From assembly GCA_030390025.1 (NCBI GenBank), contig CM059431.1:98892001-98956000 (forward strand): a stretch of 64,000 bases of DNA, in the 5' to 3' direction. Below, in pieces: positions 40,828 through 53,029 of the stretch; within the stretch, counting starts at the first letter, position 1; every line of letters starts with the position of its first letter. Under the pieces are notes generated by a model. It was not told the origin of the DNA, made no database searches, and saw only the letters and a program-made list of their open reading frames with translations. This DNA is from Squalus acanthias. Lineage: Eukaryota. The translations under genes and the position numbers were made by a program.

Positions 40828-41170
40828 GTGGCAGCACAGTTAATTAAAGCCCGTGTGTAACTGGACAATGCAGACTAGGAGGTTCGAGGTTTGATTCCCA
40901 GCCTGTATTCAGTTGATCGGTCTTAGCTGGGGCATCAGTAGAAGAGTTGCAATGGATGCAGCACCACTGAGCCAGGGAGGGGGAAATCGGCTGGGATTCC
41001 TCTTGATTGTTGTCCAGTGATTGCTGCTGGAAAGTGAGATTGTAATATTCCCCACACTTACCATCGAGGGTCACACATGGAGGGTGGCTGTTTGTACCAG
41101 GGTGTACCCAGCACCCGTGAAACTACTCAGCAGGAAGTGATGCTTTCAAGGGAGAAGGAGGAACGGGGAG
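40828..41170 (+). mobile_element. Old, diverged tRNA-derived SINE (related copies ~33310-33680 +, ~25310-25560 -, ~53560-53830 -)
   Basis: B-box-like ggtttgattccc; shared motifs gggagggggaaatcggc and tccagtga..gctggaaagtg. Confidence 0.5.
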
Positions 41171-41332
41171 AAATTTGGCACAGTAAAGTGGGAAAAATTG
41201 TAATCCATAAATCATTTTGTGTTTATCCTAAGTCATGACCAGCACTGGAGTTTTATGTATCTCCAAACAAATGAGAATGAGTAAATAAATCCTGAGTGAG
41301 TTATTAGTATGGGAAATCCAGAGTACATGGTT

Positions 41333-41555
41333 ATTTTAAAACTTCCTGTCCTCGTGTTCAAATCCCTCCATGGCCTCGCCCCTCCCTCTCTCTCTCACCT
41401 CCTACAGCCCCACAACCCTCCGAGAACTCTGCGTTATTCCAATTCTGGCCTCTTGAGCATCCCCGATTTCCTTCGCCCCATCATTGACAGCCGTGCCTTC
41501 AGCTGCCTGGGCCCTAAGCTCTGGAATTCCCTCCCTAAACCTTTCCGCCCCTCTA

Positions 41556-41598
<43 letters not shown>

Positions 41599-41750
41599 CT
41601 TTAAGATCCTCCTTAAAAATTACCACTTTGACCAAGCTTTTAGTCACCTGTCCTAATAGCTCCTCCTTTGGCTCGGTGTCAATTAGGCTCCTGCGAAGTG
41701 ACTTGGGATGTTTTCCTACATTAAAGGTGCTACCTTAAATGCAAGTTGTT
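41333..41750 (+). mobile_element. L2 3' end fragment with (CT)n microsatellite
   Basis: VFKSLHGLAPP...RAFSCLGPKLWNSLP; tail aaatgcaagttgtt. Confidence 0.8.
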
Positions 41751-42324
41751 CCCAATTGTAAACAGCGAGTTGCCTCATCTCTTGGTAATGAGAGATAGTG
41801 TTCTAGTACTGCAAAAGGCACAATAAATACTAAGTATGTAAATCCCTGATCACTTTTTCAAAATCCCTCTCCTAAAGTGAGCTAGTGATGGGAAATGGAA
41901 GGCAGGATGGGCTCAGGATCGAGACGGGTTAATGGAAGTGATCAGGACAGGGTCACGAGTATGGCATTACAGGAAGTATCGTGTTAGCGGGACAACTTGC
42001 TAGAAGCATTTGGGGGAAAAAAGTACTTGAACAGAAGATGGTGTGGCAAATGGTGAGTCTGAGAAGTGGGTGTCCTCGACATAGTTCTTGTACGTGACAG
42101 AGGTGCTATTCAGGAAGTAGAAATAGTAGAACTGTTGGGTCATGCCACATTGCTCTGACTTGGGAAACAGCGCAGAATGAAATCAAACCTGGTATTTAGA
42201 TGTACGAAACATGAGCTACACAAGGATAAATCTGTTGAGGACAAATTGACATCCTTAAAAACATTTTGGGGCCATTCGGGAGAATGTTTCCGAGAGCAGC
42301 CAGGGCAGAGTAAATAAATTTACC

Positions 42325-42620
42325 CAGAGAGTGGCTGGAATGTAAATATAAGGTAGTCACTAATAAATCCAATAGGGAATTCAGGAGAAACTTCTTTACC
42401 CAGAGAGTGGTGAGAATGTGGAACTCGCTACCACAGGGAGTGGTTGAGGCGGATAGCAGAGATGCATTCAAGGGGAAGCTAGATTAAGTATATAAGGTGT
42501 AAGATCTTTTAATCTAACAGCTATTTCTTACAAAGGGAGAAAGGAAAAGAAGGAAATCCTGATAGGGTGAGATAAAGTAGGGTGGAGGAGGCTCATGTGG
42601 CGCATAAACACCATCTGATT
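42325..42620 (+). mobile_element. CR1 3' fragment
   Basis: ttcaggagaaacttctttacccagagagtggtgagaatgtggaactcgctacc. Confidence 0.75.
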
Positions 42621-42626
42621 CTGTGT

Positions 42627-42800
42627 AAATATACTGGAAATACTCAGCAGGTCAGGCAGCATCTGTGGAGAAACAGAAGTCAAGTCGGTTGACGTTTCAG
42701 GTCTAAGACCTTTCCTCCTGAGACATCAACTGACTGGCTTCTCTTTCTCCACAGATGCTGTCTGACCTGCTGAGTATTTCCAGCCATTTCTGTTTCTGCT
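42627..42800. mobile_element. Penelope-like family B fold-back remnant
   Basis: Inverted arms 42634-42701 and 42717-42783. Confidence 0.7.
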
Positions 42801-44284
42801 TTTTGTAAAGTTGGATCAACGTGGAGATTCAACAAAAAGTTGCAAAGCCAGTGGAGGAAAGGAGTGGGTGATCTATGAGCTGACTGCAAAACTCTATAGA
42901 TACGGGGGTTGCTGAGAGAAGTGGGAAGGGGATATAGCAGAAGATGTGAAACGTAATGTCAAGTGAATTCCAATACTAAGGTAGTCAGGGAGGAAGTTCC
43001 AGCCTTGTCGATCTTTGGCTTCACTGAAACTAAGATCTCGTCCACACAGCTAGAAGTTGTAAATAGCCCCATTATAACGTACTTCTCTCTGGTGCAGTTT
43101 TAATGTGTGACCTGGTTCCTTTCCAAACTGAGCTGCAGCGAGATGCAATTCAGGAGCAGCTGAAGTAAGTTTAATTGTTTGGGTGTTTTATGAGATTATT
43201 TTGAAAAGTATTTGGAAGTTACTCGATTAGAATTGTAGAATGCATTTAGCCCGTGATTATACTGTCGATGTTACTCTGCTCATTCACAACTGGCAACATC
43301 TTGTTTCTACGGCTTAGCTACAAATCCCGCTCTTCCAAACCGGAGAGAGCGCTGATCCCATTTGGTAAACTTCATATGTACTGACAGTGCGAGCAGAACT
43401 AGCACACTCGAAATATTTGGATCAACCTCGACTTAAGTTTATAAACTGCCCAGGAGATCGGGCAAACTACTGGACTTGCACTGCATGTGGAGTTAAGCCA
43501 CAGTGTCAGGCACTATCCTCCAGGGGTCTCCAATATTTAGTTGCAGATTTGAGGAATTTATTTTAATCATTCTCGGGAAGAGGGCGTCGCTGGCAAGGCT
43601 GACATTTATTGCCCCATCCTTCGATGCCCTGGATACAACGGAGTGTCTTGCTGGGCCACTTCAGAGGGCAGTTAAGAGTCAACCACGTTGGTGCAGGACT
43701 GAAGTCACATAGGCCCAGACCGGGTAAGGACGGAAGATTTCCTTCCCTAAAGGTTATTAGTGAACCAGTTGGGTTTTTATGACAATCCATCATGGTAACT
43801 TTTACTGATCCCAGTTTTTTTTATTTCACGAATGAAATTCATGCGACTGGTTCAACGCCTAGTACAGCAAATTGTGGAACGAGGGAGATATTTCAGCTCG
43901 GGGATAAAGACCCCATTAAGATTTGTTTTTGTGTGCCTCTTAAATTGGTCTGAGAATCATTAATACTGCAGTTCTGATTCCAACATTCTGCTGAATTTTT
44001 TTTAAAATCACAAACTATGTCCCGACCGCCTCAGCAGGCTGACATTTTGCAGGCAAGTTGCCCAAACAGACTGCAGCTTTATATTCTCGTCTAGGTGCAG
44101 TGTGCTACACTGATTTGTCATGGGCTCATTGTCAAACCTGGAAATTCGAGGTGATCGTTGCCAAGGTAGGAATAGCTGTATCATGGAATCAATTACACAG
44201 TTGGAAAATTCAAAATAAAAAGGACTATACACTGAAGTTGCATCCTAATGCATGCGGCTGCTTTTTAACATTGAATTTCAGTTA

Positions 44285-44790
44285 CGTAGCATTTACAGCA
44301 CAGAAAGAGACCATTCAGCCCAACTGGTCCGTGACAGTATTTATGCTCCACACCAGCCTCCTCCCACCCTACTTCATCTAACCTTCCATTCCTTTCTCCC
44401 TCATGTGTTTATCTAGCTTCCCCTTAAAGCCATCTGTGCTATTCACCTCAACCACTCCCTGTGGTAGCGAGTTCCACATTCTCACCACTCTCTGGGTGAA
44501 GAAGTTTCTCCTGAATTCCCTATTGGATTTATTGGTGACTATCTTATATTTATGGCCCCTTGTTTTGGTCTCTCCCACAAGTGGAAACATCTTCTCGCGT
44601 CTACCCTATCAAACCCCTTTCATATTTTTAAAGAGCTTTATTGGGCCTTCTCTTTTCTAGAGAAAAGCGCCCCAGTCTGTTCAGTCTTTCCTGATAGTTA
44701 TAACCTCTCCGTTCTGGTCTCCTCTTTGTAAATCTTTTTTGCACCTTCTCCAGTGACTATATGCTTTTTGTAACGTGGAGACCAGAACTG
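44285..44790 (-). mobile_element. CR1 3' fragment
   Basis: MFPLVGETKTRGHKYKIV...FFTQRVVRMWNSLP. Confidence 0.85.
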
Positions 44791-45716
44791 TCACCTTGTG
44801 TTTTGCCGCAGTCGTCTTCAGTATTAACTATAACCCCCAAATTGGTGTCATAATACAGAGCCACATAGACCAAGAAAGAGAGAATTTTGTAAGTGTGTAT
44901 ATCCTAATGTTGCACCAATATCTTTGCTGTGAAGGTGTGACTGTTGATTTCCCTGCCTGTTGCTACTCTGAGGTTGTTGCCTACGACTTGAAGTGGGCCC
45001 AGCCAATTTGTCTTTCCCACATATGTGGTGTCAAGTAAGTGTGTACTGGTGTGATGACATGGAAGGTATGGAAATTGTGATGCTCCATTTTTGTCGGTTG
45101 CTGTAGTGTTACATTGGATTGAATGGAAACATGAGCTTGACCACATGAAAAGTAATGTAACATGTTTGAAACTGGAGTCGCGGTTTCAGCTTGTACGAGG
45201 GTGGTCTTTTTTGATTGTGTTCTGTATGTTTAAAAAAAAAAGAGGCAATATTTGATTCTGTGCTTTGTGTTGGAACTATGGGCATCACCGCAGCTTTTAA
45301 TCTTTCAATGGGGGAGTGAACAATCAAAATTGTTGGGATGTGAAAGTGACTACTCTACTTGCATGCTGGAGAACATAAGAGTTGACTTGTTTTACAAAAG
45401 GTTCGAAGAGCTTCCTGTGATTAAATGCTACATCCAGCTTTTGTATGTTCCCTGGGCCACAAGTGACTGGTGCTATTGGGCCTGTTAGTTGCAAGAAAGG
45501 CTCTGTTTTGAATTATCGAACCATATAGCACAGAAGGAGGTCGTTCGGCCCATCATCCAAGGTCTTGGAAGAAAGTAGTTTTGATCCAGGCTAAAGGGTC
45601 TTGTTCAAATTTCTGTCTTCAAGTGAAGGTATTTAAGATCAGTCTCCCAGTAGTTGAATGGACCAAGGTGTATTGTGATGTAAATCAAACGTTATGTATT
45701 TCTTACAGTGCCTTGT

Positions 45717-45962
45717 CATAGAATCTTACAACAGAGGAGGAGGCCATCCTGCCTGTGCCGGCTCTTTGAAAGAGCTCTCCAATTAATCCCACTCCCCTGC
45801 TCTTTCCCCATAGCCCTACAAATTTTTCAAGTATTTATTCAATTTCCTTTTGAAAGTTACTATTGAATCTGCTTCCACCGCCCTTTCAAGAAATGCATTC
45901 CAGATCATCATAACTCGCTGTGTAAAAACATTTCTCCTCATCTCCCCTCTAGTTCTTTTGCC
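45717..45962 (-). mobile_element. CR1 3' fragment
   Basis: Similar to the tails at 35.3, 57.0 and 60.2 kb. Confidence 0.8.
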
Positions 45963-46047
45963 TTGGTAATGGTGAAAATGGTTCCACAGATTGGAAACCA
46001 GCTACTGCCTGATGGGGTTGAGTTGTTTTATTCTCACTTGGAGCCGA

Positions 46048-47997
46048 TCACGACCTCAGGACGTCCCAAAGCGCTTTACAGCCAATTAAGTTCTTTTGAA
46101 GTGCAGTTACTGTTGTAATGTAGGAAACTCAGCAGCCAATTTGCACACAGCAAGCTCCCACAAATGGCAATGGAATAAATAACCAAATTTTTTTTTTTTC
46201 TTCGTTCATGGGATGTGGGCATCGCTGGCAAGGCCAACATTTATTGTCCTTGAGAAGGTGATGGTGAGCCGCCATCTTGAACCGCTGCAGTCCGTGTGGT
46301 GAATGTACTCCCACAGTAAGGGAGGGAGTTCCAGGATTTTGACCCAGCGACGATAAAGGAACGGCGATATTCTGGTTGAGGGATAAATATTGGCCAGGAC
46401 ACCAGGGACAACTCCCCTGCTCTTCTTCAAAGTAGTGCAGTGGGATTTTTTTCTCTCCACCCAAGGTGTCAGAAGGGGCCTTGGTTTAAGGTCTCATCCG
46501 AAAGATATATACATCACAATACACCTTGGTCCACCCAACTACTGGAAGACTGATCTTAAATACTTTCACCTTGAAGTGAGGTGAGAATTGCTGCCCTTGA
46601 CATCAAGGCAGCATTTGACCAAGTGTGGCATCAAGGAGCCCGAGTAAAACTGAAGTCCATGGGAATCGAGGAAAACTCTCCACTGGCTGGAATCATACCT
46701 AGCACAAAGGATTGTGGTTGTTGGAGGTCAATCATCTCAGCCCCAGGACATCGCTGCAGGAGTTCCTCAGGGCAGTGCCCTAGGCCCAACCATCTTCAGC
46801 TGCTTCATCAATGACCTTCCCGCCGTCATAAAGTCAGAAGTGGAGATGTTTGCTGATGACCGCAGTATTCAGTTCCATTCGCAACTCCTCAGATAATGAA
46901 GCAGTCCATGCCTGCATGCAGCAAGACCTGGACCACATTCAGGCTTGGGCTGATAAGTGACAGGTAACATTCTCGCCACACAATTGCCAGGCAATGACTA
47001 TCTCCAGCAAGGGAGAGTCTAACCACCGCCCCTTTACATTCAACGGCATAACCATCGCTGAATCCCCCACCATCAACATCCTGGGGGTCACTATTGACCA
47101 GAAACTTAACTGGACCAGCCACATAAATACTGTGGTTACAAGACCAGGTCAGAGGCTGGGTATTCTGCGGTGAGTGTCTCACCTTCTGACTCCCCAAAGC
47201 CTTTCCACCATCTACAAGGCACAAGTCAGGAGTGTGATGGAATATTCTCCACTTGCTTGGACGAGTGCAGCTCCAACAACACACAAGAAGCTCGACACCA
47301 TCCAGGACATCATAGCCCGCTTAATTGGCACCCCATCCACACCTTAAACATTCACTCCCTCCACCACCATACCGTGGCTGCAGTGTGTACCATCGACAAG
47401 ATCCACTGCAGCAACTCGCCAAGGCTTCTTCGACAACACCTCCCAAACCCGCGACCTCTACCACCTAGAAGGTCAAGAACAGCAGGCGCATGGGAACACC
47501 ACCACCTCCAAGTCACACACCATCCTGACTTGGAAATATATCGCCGTTCCTTCATCATCGCTGGGTCAAAATCCTGGAACTCCCTCCCTAACAGCACTGT
47601 GGGAGTACCTGCACCACACGGACTGCAGCGGTTCAAGAAGGCGGCTCGCCACCACCTTCTCGAGGGCAACTAGGGATGGGCAATAAATGTTGGCCTTGCC
47701 AGCGATGCCACATCCCAGGAACGAATAATAAAAAAAGGCAGCAATTTGAACAAGACCCTTTAGCCTGGAGACTCAACAACTTTCTTCCAAGACCTTGGAT
47801 GATGGGCCGAATGGACTCCTGTGCTGTATGATTCTATACTTCAAACAACAGAGTCTTCCTTGCACCTCCGACAGTACAGCACTCCCTCAGTATTGCACTG
47901 GAGTGTCAGCCTGGATTTTCTGGTCAGGGTTCTGGAGTGGGGCTTGAACCCACATTTTCTGATTCAGGCAAGAGTGCTACCCACTGAGCCACGGCTG
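46048..47997 (-). mobile_element. Deu-domain SINE split by nested insertions (pieces ~46048-46187, 46372-46505, 47862-47997)
   Basis: The pieces concatenate into the sequence seen at 21.7 and 54.0 kb. Confidence 0.8.
46577..47736 (+). mobile_element. 5'-truncated CR1/L2-group LINE of a second family, with A-rich tail
   Basis: ALDIKAAFDQVWHQG, GVPQGSALGPTIFSCFINDLP, MFADD; same 3' end at 33914-34272 (+) and 46188-46371 (-). Confidence 0.88.
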
Positions 47998-48039
47998 GTA
48001 CATGTTTTAGTTGGAAGAAAAGCTCTTATTTCCATCACA

Positions 48040-48480
48040 ATGATACCGCAGCTAAAAGGGTTAAATTATGAAGAAAGGTTGCATCGACTAGGCTTGTATT
48101 CCCTCGAGTATAGTAGATTAAGGGGTGATCTAATTGAGGTGTTTAAGATGATTAAAGGAGTTGATAGGGTAGATAGAGAGAAACTATTTCCTCTGGTGCG
48201 GGGGAGTCCAGAACAAGAGCGCATTTCCTTAAAATTAAGTCAGGAAGCACTTCTTCAGACAAAGCATAGTGGAAATCTGGAACCCCCCCCCCCAAAAAGC
48301 TGTTGAAACTAGGGGTTGAAAAAGTTCATAACTGAGGTTGATAGATTTTGTTGGGTAAGGGTATAGAGGATATGGAGCAAAGGCAGGTAGATGGAGTTGA
48401 GGTACAAATTAGCCATGATTTAATTGAATGGTGGAACAGGCTCGAGGGGCTGAATGGCCTCCTCCTGTTCCTGTGTTCCT
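48040..48480 (+). mobile_element. CR1 3' fragment
   Basis: GLNYEERLHRLGLYSLEYSRLRGDLIEVFKM; tail cctgttcctgtgttcct. Confidence 0.85.
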
Positions 48481-49078
48481 ATTCACTACTGATATGATCA
48501 GGATGTTCTATTTGGCAAACACTGTTGGGTTACAACTAATTGTTTTTTTTTTAAACTGCGCATTTTAATGGAGACCAAAGTTTTTTTTAGTAACAATATT
48601 GGAGAGTAGGGCAATTATGGCCTTATCCTAGAGCATTCGTTTAACTGAACATTGCCTAATTTTCTGCTACAAGTTGGATATATGGATTCTATTCCATGCA
48701 GTCTCACTTGGTTGTGCAACAGTAATCTGTAAGGCTCCTTTATGTAAAATTATAACACTAAAATTCTTAAATGTTAAAGTGCATTCCAAATATTTCTAGC
48801 ATGAATGCATCTCTTGCACCTTCCACTGCGGATTTTAAAAATCTGCCTCGGGATGCGACTTACAGGGATGTTTTATGGCAGTCTTTTCAAGTCACCGCTG
48901 AGATAATGGCAACTTAAAGAAAACACTTGCAGTTGTCCAGCACCTTTCACAGCCTCAGGATGTTTAAATTACCGTACAGCCAATGAATTACTTTTTGAAG
49001 TGTAGTCACTGTTATGTCAGCAAACTTAATTTGTTCTGCAAATGCTGCAAGGAAACTTTCTTTAACTTCTTACCTCTT

Positions 49079-51703
49079 AGGAGATGGTGTAGCAGTATTG
49101 GTAAAGGAGAATGTTACAGTGCTGGAGAGGAAGGATGTCCTGGAGGGCTCAAGGACAGAATCTATATGGCTAGAGTTAAGAAGTAATAGAGGTGCCATTA
49201 CACTAGGTGTATTCTGTAGACCACCAAATAGTGGGAAAGATATGAAGGAGCAAATTTGCAGAGAAATTACAGAGAGGTGCAAGAACTATGGAGTAGTAAT
49301 AATGGGGGACTGCAACTATCCGAACATAGACTGGGATCGTAATAGTGTTAAGGGCAGAGAAGGGGAAGAATTTCTGAAGTGTTCAGGAGAACTTTCTTGA
49401 TCAGTATGTTTCTGGACTGACGAGGAAGGAGGCATTGCTGGATCTGGTTTTGGGGAATGAGGTAGGTCAAGTAGAGCAAGTGTCAGTAGGTGAATGTTTA
49501 GGGAACAGTGATCATATTATCATAAGGCTTAGATTAGCTATGGAAAAGGACAGGGAGCAATCTAGAGTAAAAATGTTTCACTGGGGGAAGGCCAATTTCA
49601 GTGGGATGAGAACGGATCTGGCCCGGGTAAACTGGAATCAAAGATTGGCAGGCAAAACTGTAATGGAACAATGGGCTGCCTTTAAAGAGGAAATAGTTCA
49701 GGTACAGTTGAGGTACATTCCCACTAGGGGGAAAGGCAGGGCAACTAAAGTCAGGACTCCCTGGATGACGAAAGAGATAGAGAATATGATGAAGCAGAGA
49801 AAGAGCGCGTATGACAGATGTCAGGTTGCAAATACATCTGAGAATCAGGCTATATTTAGAAAGGTCAGAGGAGAAGTGAAAAAGAAAATAAGAGGGGGCA
49901 AAGAGAGGGTATGAGAATAGAATGGCAGCCAACATAAAAGTTAATCCAAAAATCTTCTATAGGCATATAAATAGTAAGAGGAGGGATGGGGCCGATTAGG
50001 GACCAAAAAGGAGACCTATGCATGGAAGCAGAGGGCATAGCTGAGGTACTAAACGAGTACTTTGCATCTGTCTTCACCAAGGAAGAGGATGCTGCCATAG
50101 ACATAGTAAAGGAGAAGGTAGTGGAAATACTTGATAGGATAAAAATTGATAAAGAAGAGGTATTAGAAAGGCTGATAAGTCACCAGGAGCAGATGGGATG
50201 CATCCTCGGATGCTGAGGAAATTGAGGGAGGAAATCGCGGAGGTACTGGCCATAATATTCCAATCCTCCATAGATACGGGGGTGGTGCCAGAGGACTGGA
50301 GAATTGCAAATGTTACACCATTGTTCAGAAAAGGGTGTAAAGATAAACTCAGCAAGTACAGGCCAGTCAGTTTAACCTCAGTAGTGGGGAAGCTTTTAGA
50401 AACAATTTTGTCCCTGATTACTAACAGTCACTTGGACAAGTGTGGATTAATTAAGGAAAGCCAGCACGGATTTGTTAAAGGCAAATCGTGTTTAACTAAC
50501 TTGATTGAGTTCTTTGATGAGGTAACAGAGAGGGTTGATGAGGGTAATGCGGTTGACGTGGTGCACATGGAGTTCCAAAAGGTGTTCGAGAAAGTGCCAC
50601 ATAATAGGTTTGCCAGCAAAGTTGAAGCCCGTAGAATAAAAGTGACAGTGGCAGCATGGATATGGAACTGGCTAAGTGATAGGAAACAGAGTAGTGGTAA
50701 ACGGTTTTTCGGACTGAAGGAAGGTATACAGTGGTGTTCCCCAGGGGTCGGTTCTAGGACCACTACTTTTCTTGATATATATTAATGACTCGGACGTGGG
50801 TGTACAGGGCACAATTTCAAAATTTGCAGATGATAAAACTTGGAAGTATAGTGAACAGTGAGGAGGATAGTGATAGACTTCAGGAAGACATAGCCTGGTG
50901 AAATGGGCGGACACGTGGCAGATGAAATTTAACACAAAAGTGTGAAGTGATACATTTTGTTAGAAAGAATGAGGAGAGGACATCTAAACTAAATGGTACA
51001 ATCCTAAAGGGGTGCACAAACGAGAGACCTGGGGGTACATGTGCACAAATCGTTGAAGGTGGCAGGGCAGGTTGAGAAAGCAGTTAAAAAGGCTTACGGG
51101 ATCCTGGGCTTCATAAATAGAGGTATAGAGCACAAAAGTGTGGAAATTATGATGAACCTGTATAAAACACTGGTTCGGCCCCAACTGGAGTACTGTGTCC
51201 AATTCTGGGCATCACAGTTTAGGAAGGATGTGAAGGCCTTAGAGAAGGTGCAGAAAAGATTTACGAGAATGATTCCAGGACTGAGGGACAGTTATGTTGA
51301 TAGACTGGAGAAGCTGGGAGATTTGGAGCAGAGGAGATTTGATAGGTGTACAAAATCATGAGGGGTCTGGACAGAGTAGATAGAGGGAAACTGTTCCCAT
51401 TGGTGGAAGGGTCGAGAACCAGAGGACACAGATTTAAGGTGATTGCCAAAAGAACCAAAGGCGACGTAAGAAAAAACTGTTTTACGCAGCGAGTGGTTAA
51501 GATCTGGAATGCACTGCCTGAAAGGGTGTTGGAGGCAGATTCAATCATGGCTTTCAAAAAGGAATTGGATAAGTATCTGAAGGAAAGAAATTTGCAGGGC
51601 CACGGGGAAAGGGCGGGGGAGTGGGACTAGCTGAAGTGCTCTTGCAGAGAGCCGGGATGGGCCGAATGGCCTCCTGTGCTGTAACCATTCTATGATTCTA
51701 TGA
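49079..51703 (+). mobile_element. 5'-truncated CR1 LINE (ORF2 endonuclease/RT remnant) in NAA50 intron 1
   Basis: Broken ORF2 frames (LDLVLGNE, QHGFVKGKSCLTNL, LEYCVQFW); ends in (ATTCTATG)2. Confidence 0.93.
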
Positions 51704-51889
51704 AGAGCAATGTGCCATCTCATAACGTTACTTTTCTGTCCCCTGCCATTATGTCAGGCACAGACAGACTTAAACTTCACTCGCCTTCCAAGATTTGAAG
51801 AGTTGCTGTAATAGGTTCTGACGATTAGTAGTTTCCATTAAATGACTAAGGAAATTTAAAAATTGCTGTACATCCTTTTACATTATATA

Positions 51890-52505
51890 GAATTACATAG
51901 CATTTACAGCACAGAAACAGGCCAACTGGTCCGTGCCGGTGTTTATGCTCCACACGAGCTTCCAGCCTCCTGCCACCCTATCAGCAATGTTCCCCCTAAT
52001 TTCTTTAAGTGTGCGGCCCCTTTTAATTGGATGCGTAGCCCGTTCAAATTTTCGCGCCTGCGCGGTTTCTTCCCTCTAGAAGCTGCTGAGCGATCTGCGC
52101 GGGGCTTCAGACAACTGAGCGGTTGAGCAGCTTAGCGGGATTGTTGCCTATCAGCATGTCCTTCTGTTCCTTTCTTGCTTGTGTGTTTATCTAGCTTCCC
52201 CTTAAATGCATCTACGCTTTTCGCCTCAACCACTCAATGTGGTGGGAAGTTCCACATTCTCACCACCCTCTGAGTAAAAAAAGTTTCTCCTGAATTCCCT
52301 ATTGGATTTATTAGTGACTATCTTATATTTATGGCCCCTAGTTCTGGACTGCCCGACAAGTGGAAACATCTTCTCTACGTCTACCCTATCAAACCCCTCT
52401 ATCAGGTCATCCCTCCGCCTTCTCTTTTCTAGAGAAAAGAGCTCCAGCCTGTTTAATCTTTCCTGATAGTTATAACCTCTCCGTTCTGGTATCATCCTTG
52501 TAAAG
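51890..52505 (-). mobile_element. CR1 3' fragment interrupted by a MITE
   Basis: Minus ORF LELFSLEKRRRRDDLIE...SRTRGHKYKIV; tail split at 51985-52146. Confidence 0.8.
51985..52146. mobile_element. hAT-like MITE with 8-bp TSD CCTATCAG
   Basis: TSD 51977-51984 and 52147-52154; imperfect TIRs CAATGTTCCCCCTAA / TTAGCGGGATTGTTG; related to 62512-62675. Confidence 0.7.
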
Positions 52506-53029
52506 GATGAATGTGTTTCTTTAGTACTGTAATGTGTTTCTGTTGCCAGAGCAGCCATTACCTAAAGGATGCTCAACAATTAAATCTCGGATACAGTATT
52601 TCAAAGCAGCCATTAGTGATTCACCTCGTTGGTATAGGCGTTGGGACATTGCTTGCAGTAGCTGTCAAAAACTGCTTTAATAACTTGTGCCTCATGGGTG
52701 TAGGCCTGTACTTCAAAACTGGACACAATTCAGCCCAAGTTAGCACATTTGGCAATCTCATTCAGAGCTGATGGGTGTTGGAAGTTGAAAGGGGGGAAAC
52801 TTGCTATTTTGTGAGTGTGAAGATAGCCACTTCAATTTTGCTCTCCAGGTGCATAAAGCTGGAGCTGTCTGGGCCTCAGGAGACTCTGCAAACCCTTTTA
52901 CAACTCTGTACTCTCGTACAGCACTCGATCTTCCTGTTGGCACGAAGTCATGTTCCCAACAGCAGATTAAGAATTATTAATTTGGTGTGCTATATCACCT
53001 GTCTCCACAACTCCACCCAATTGGCTTGG

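Noticed and set aside
46588..47746. 10-bp inverted repeat AATTGCTGCC / GGCAGCAATT near the LINE ends, suggesting TIRs
   Set aside because: The enclosed sequence is an RT fragment with an A-rich tail; one arm lies inside the LINE and the other in the duplicated host segment.
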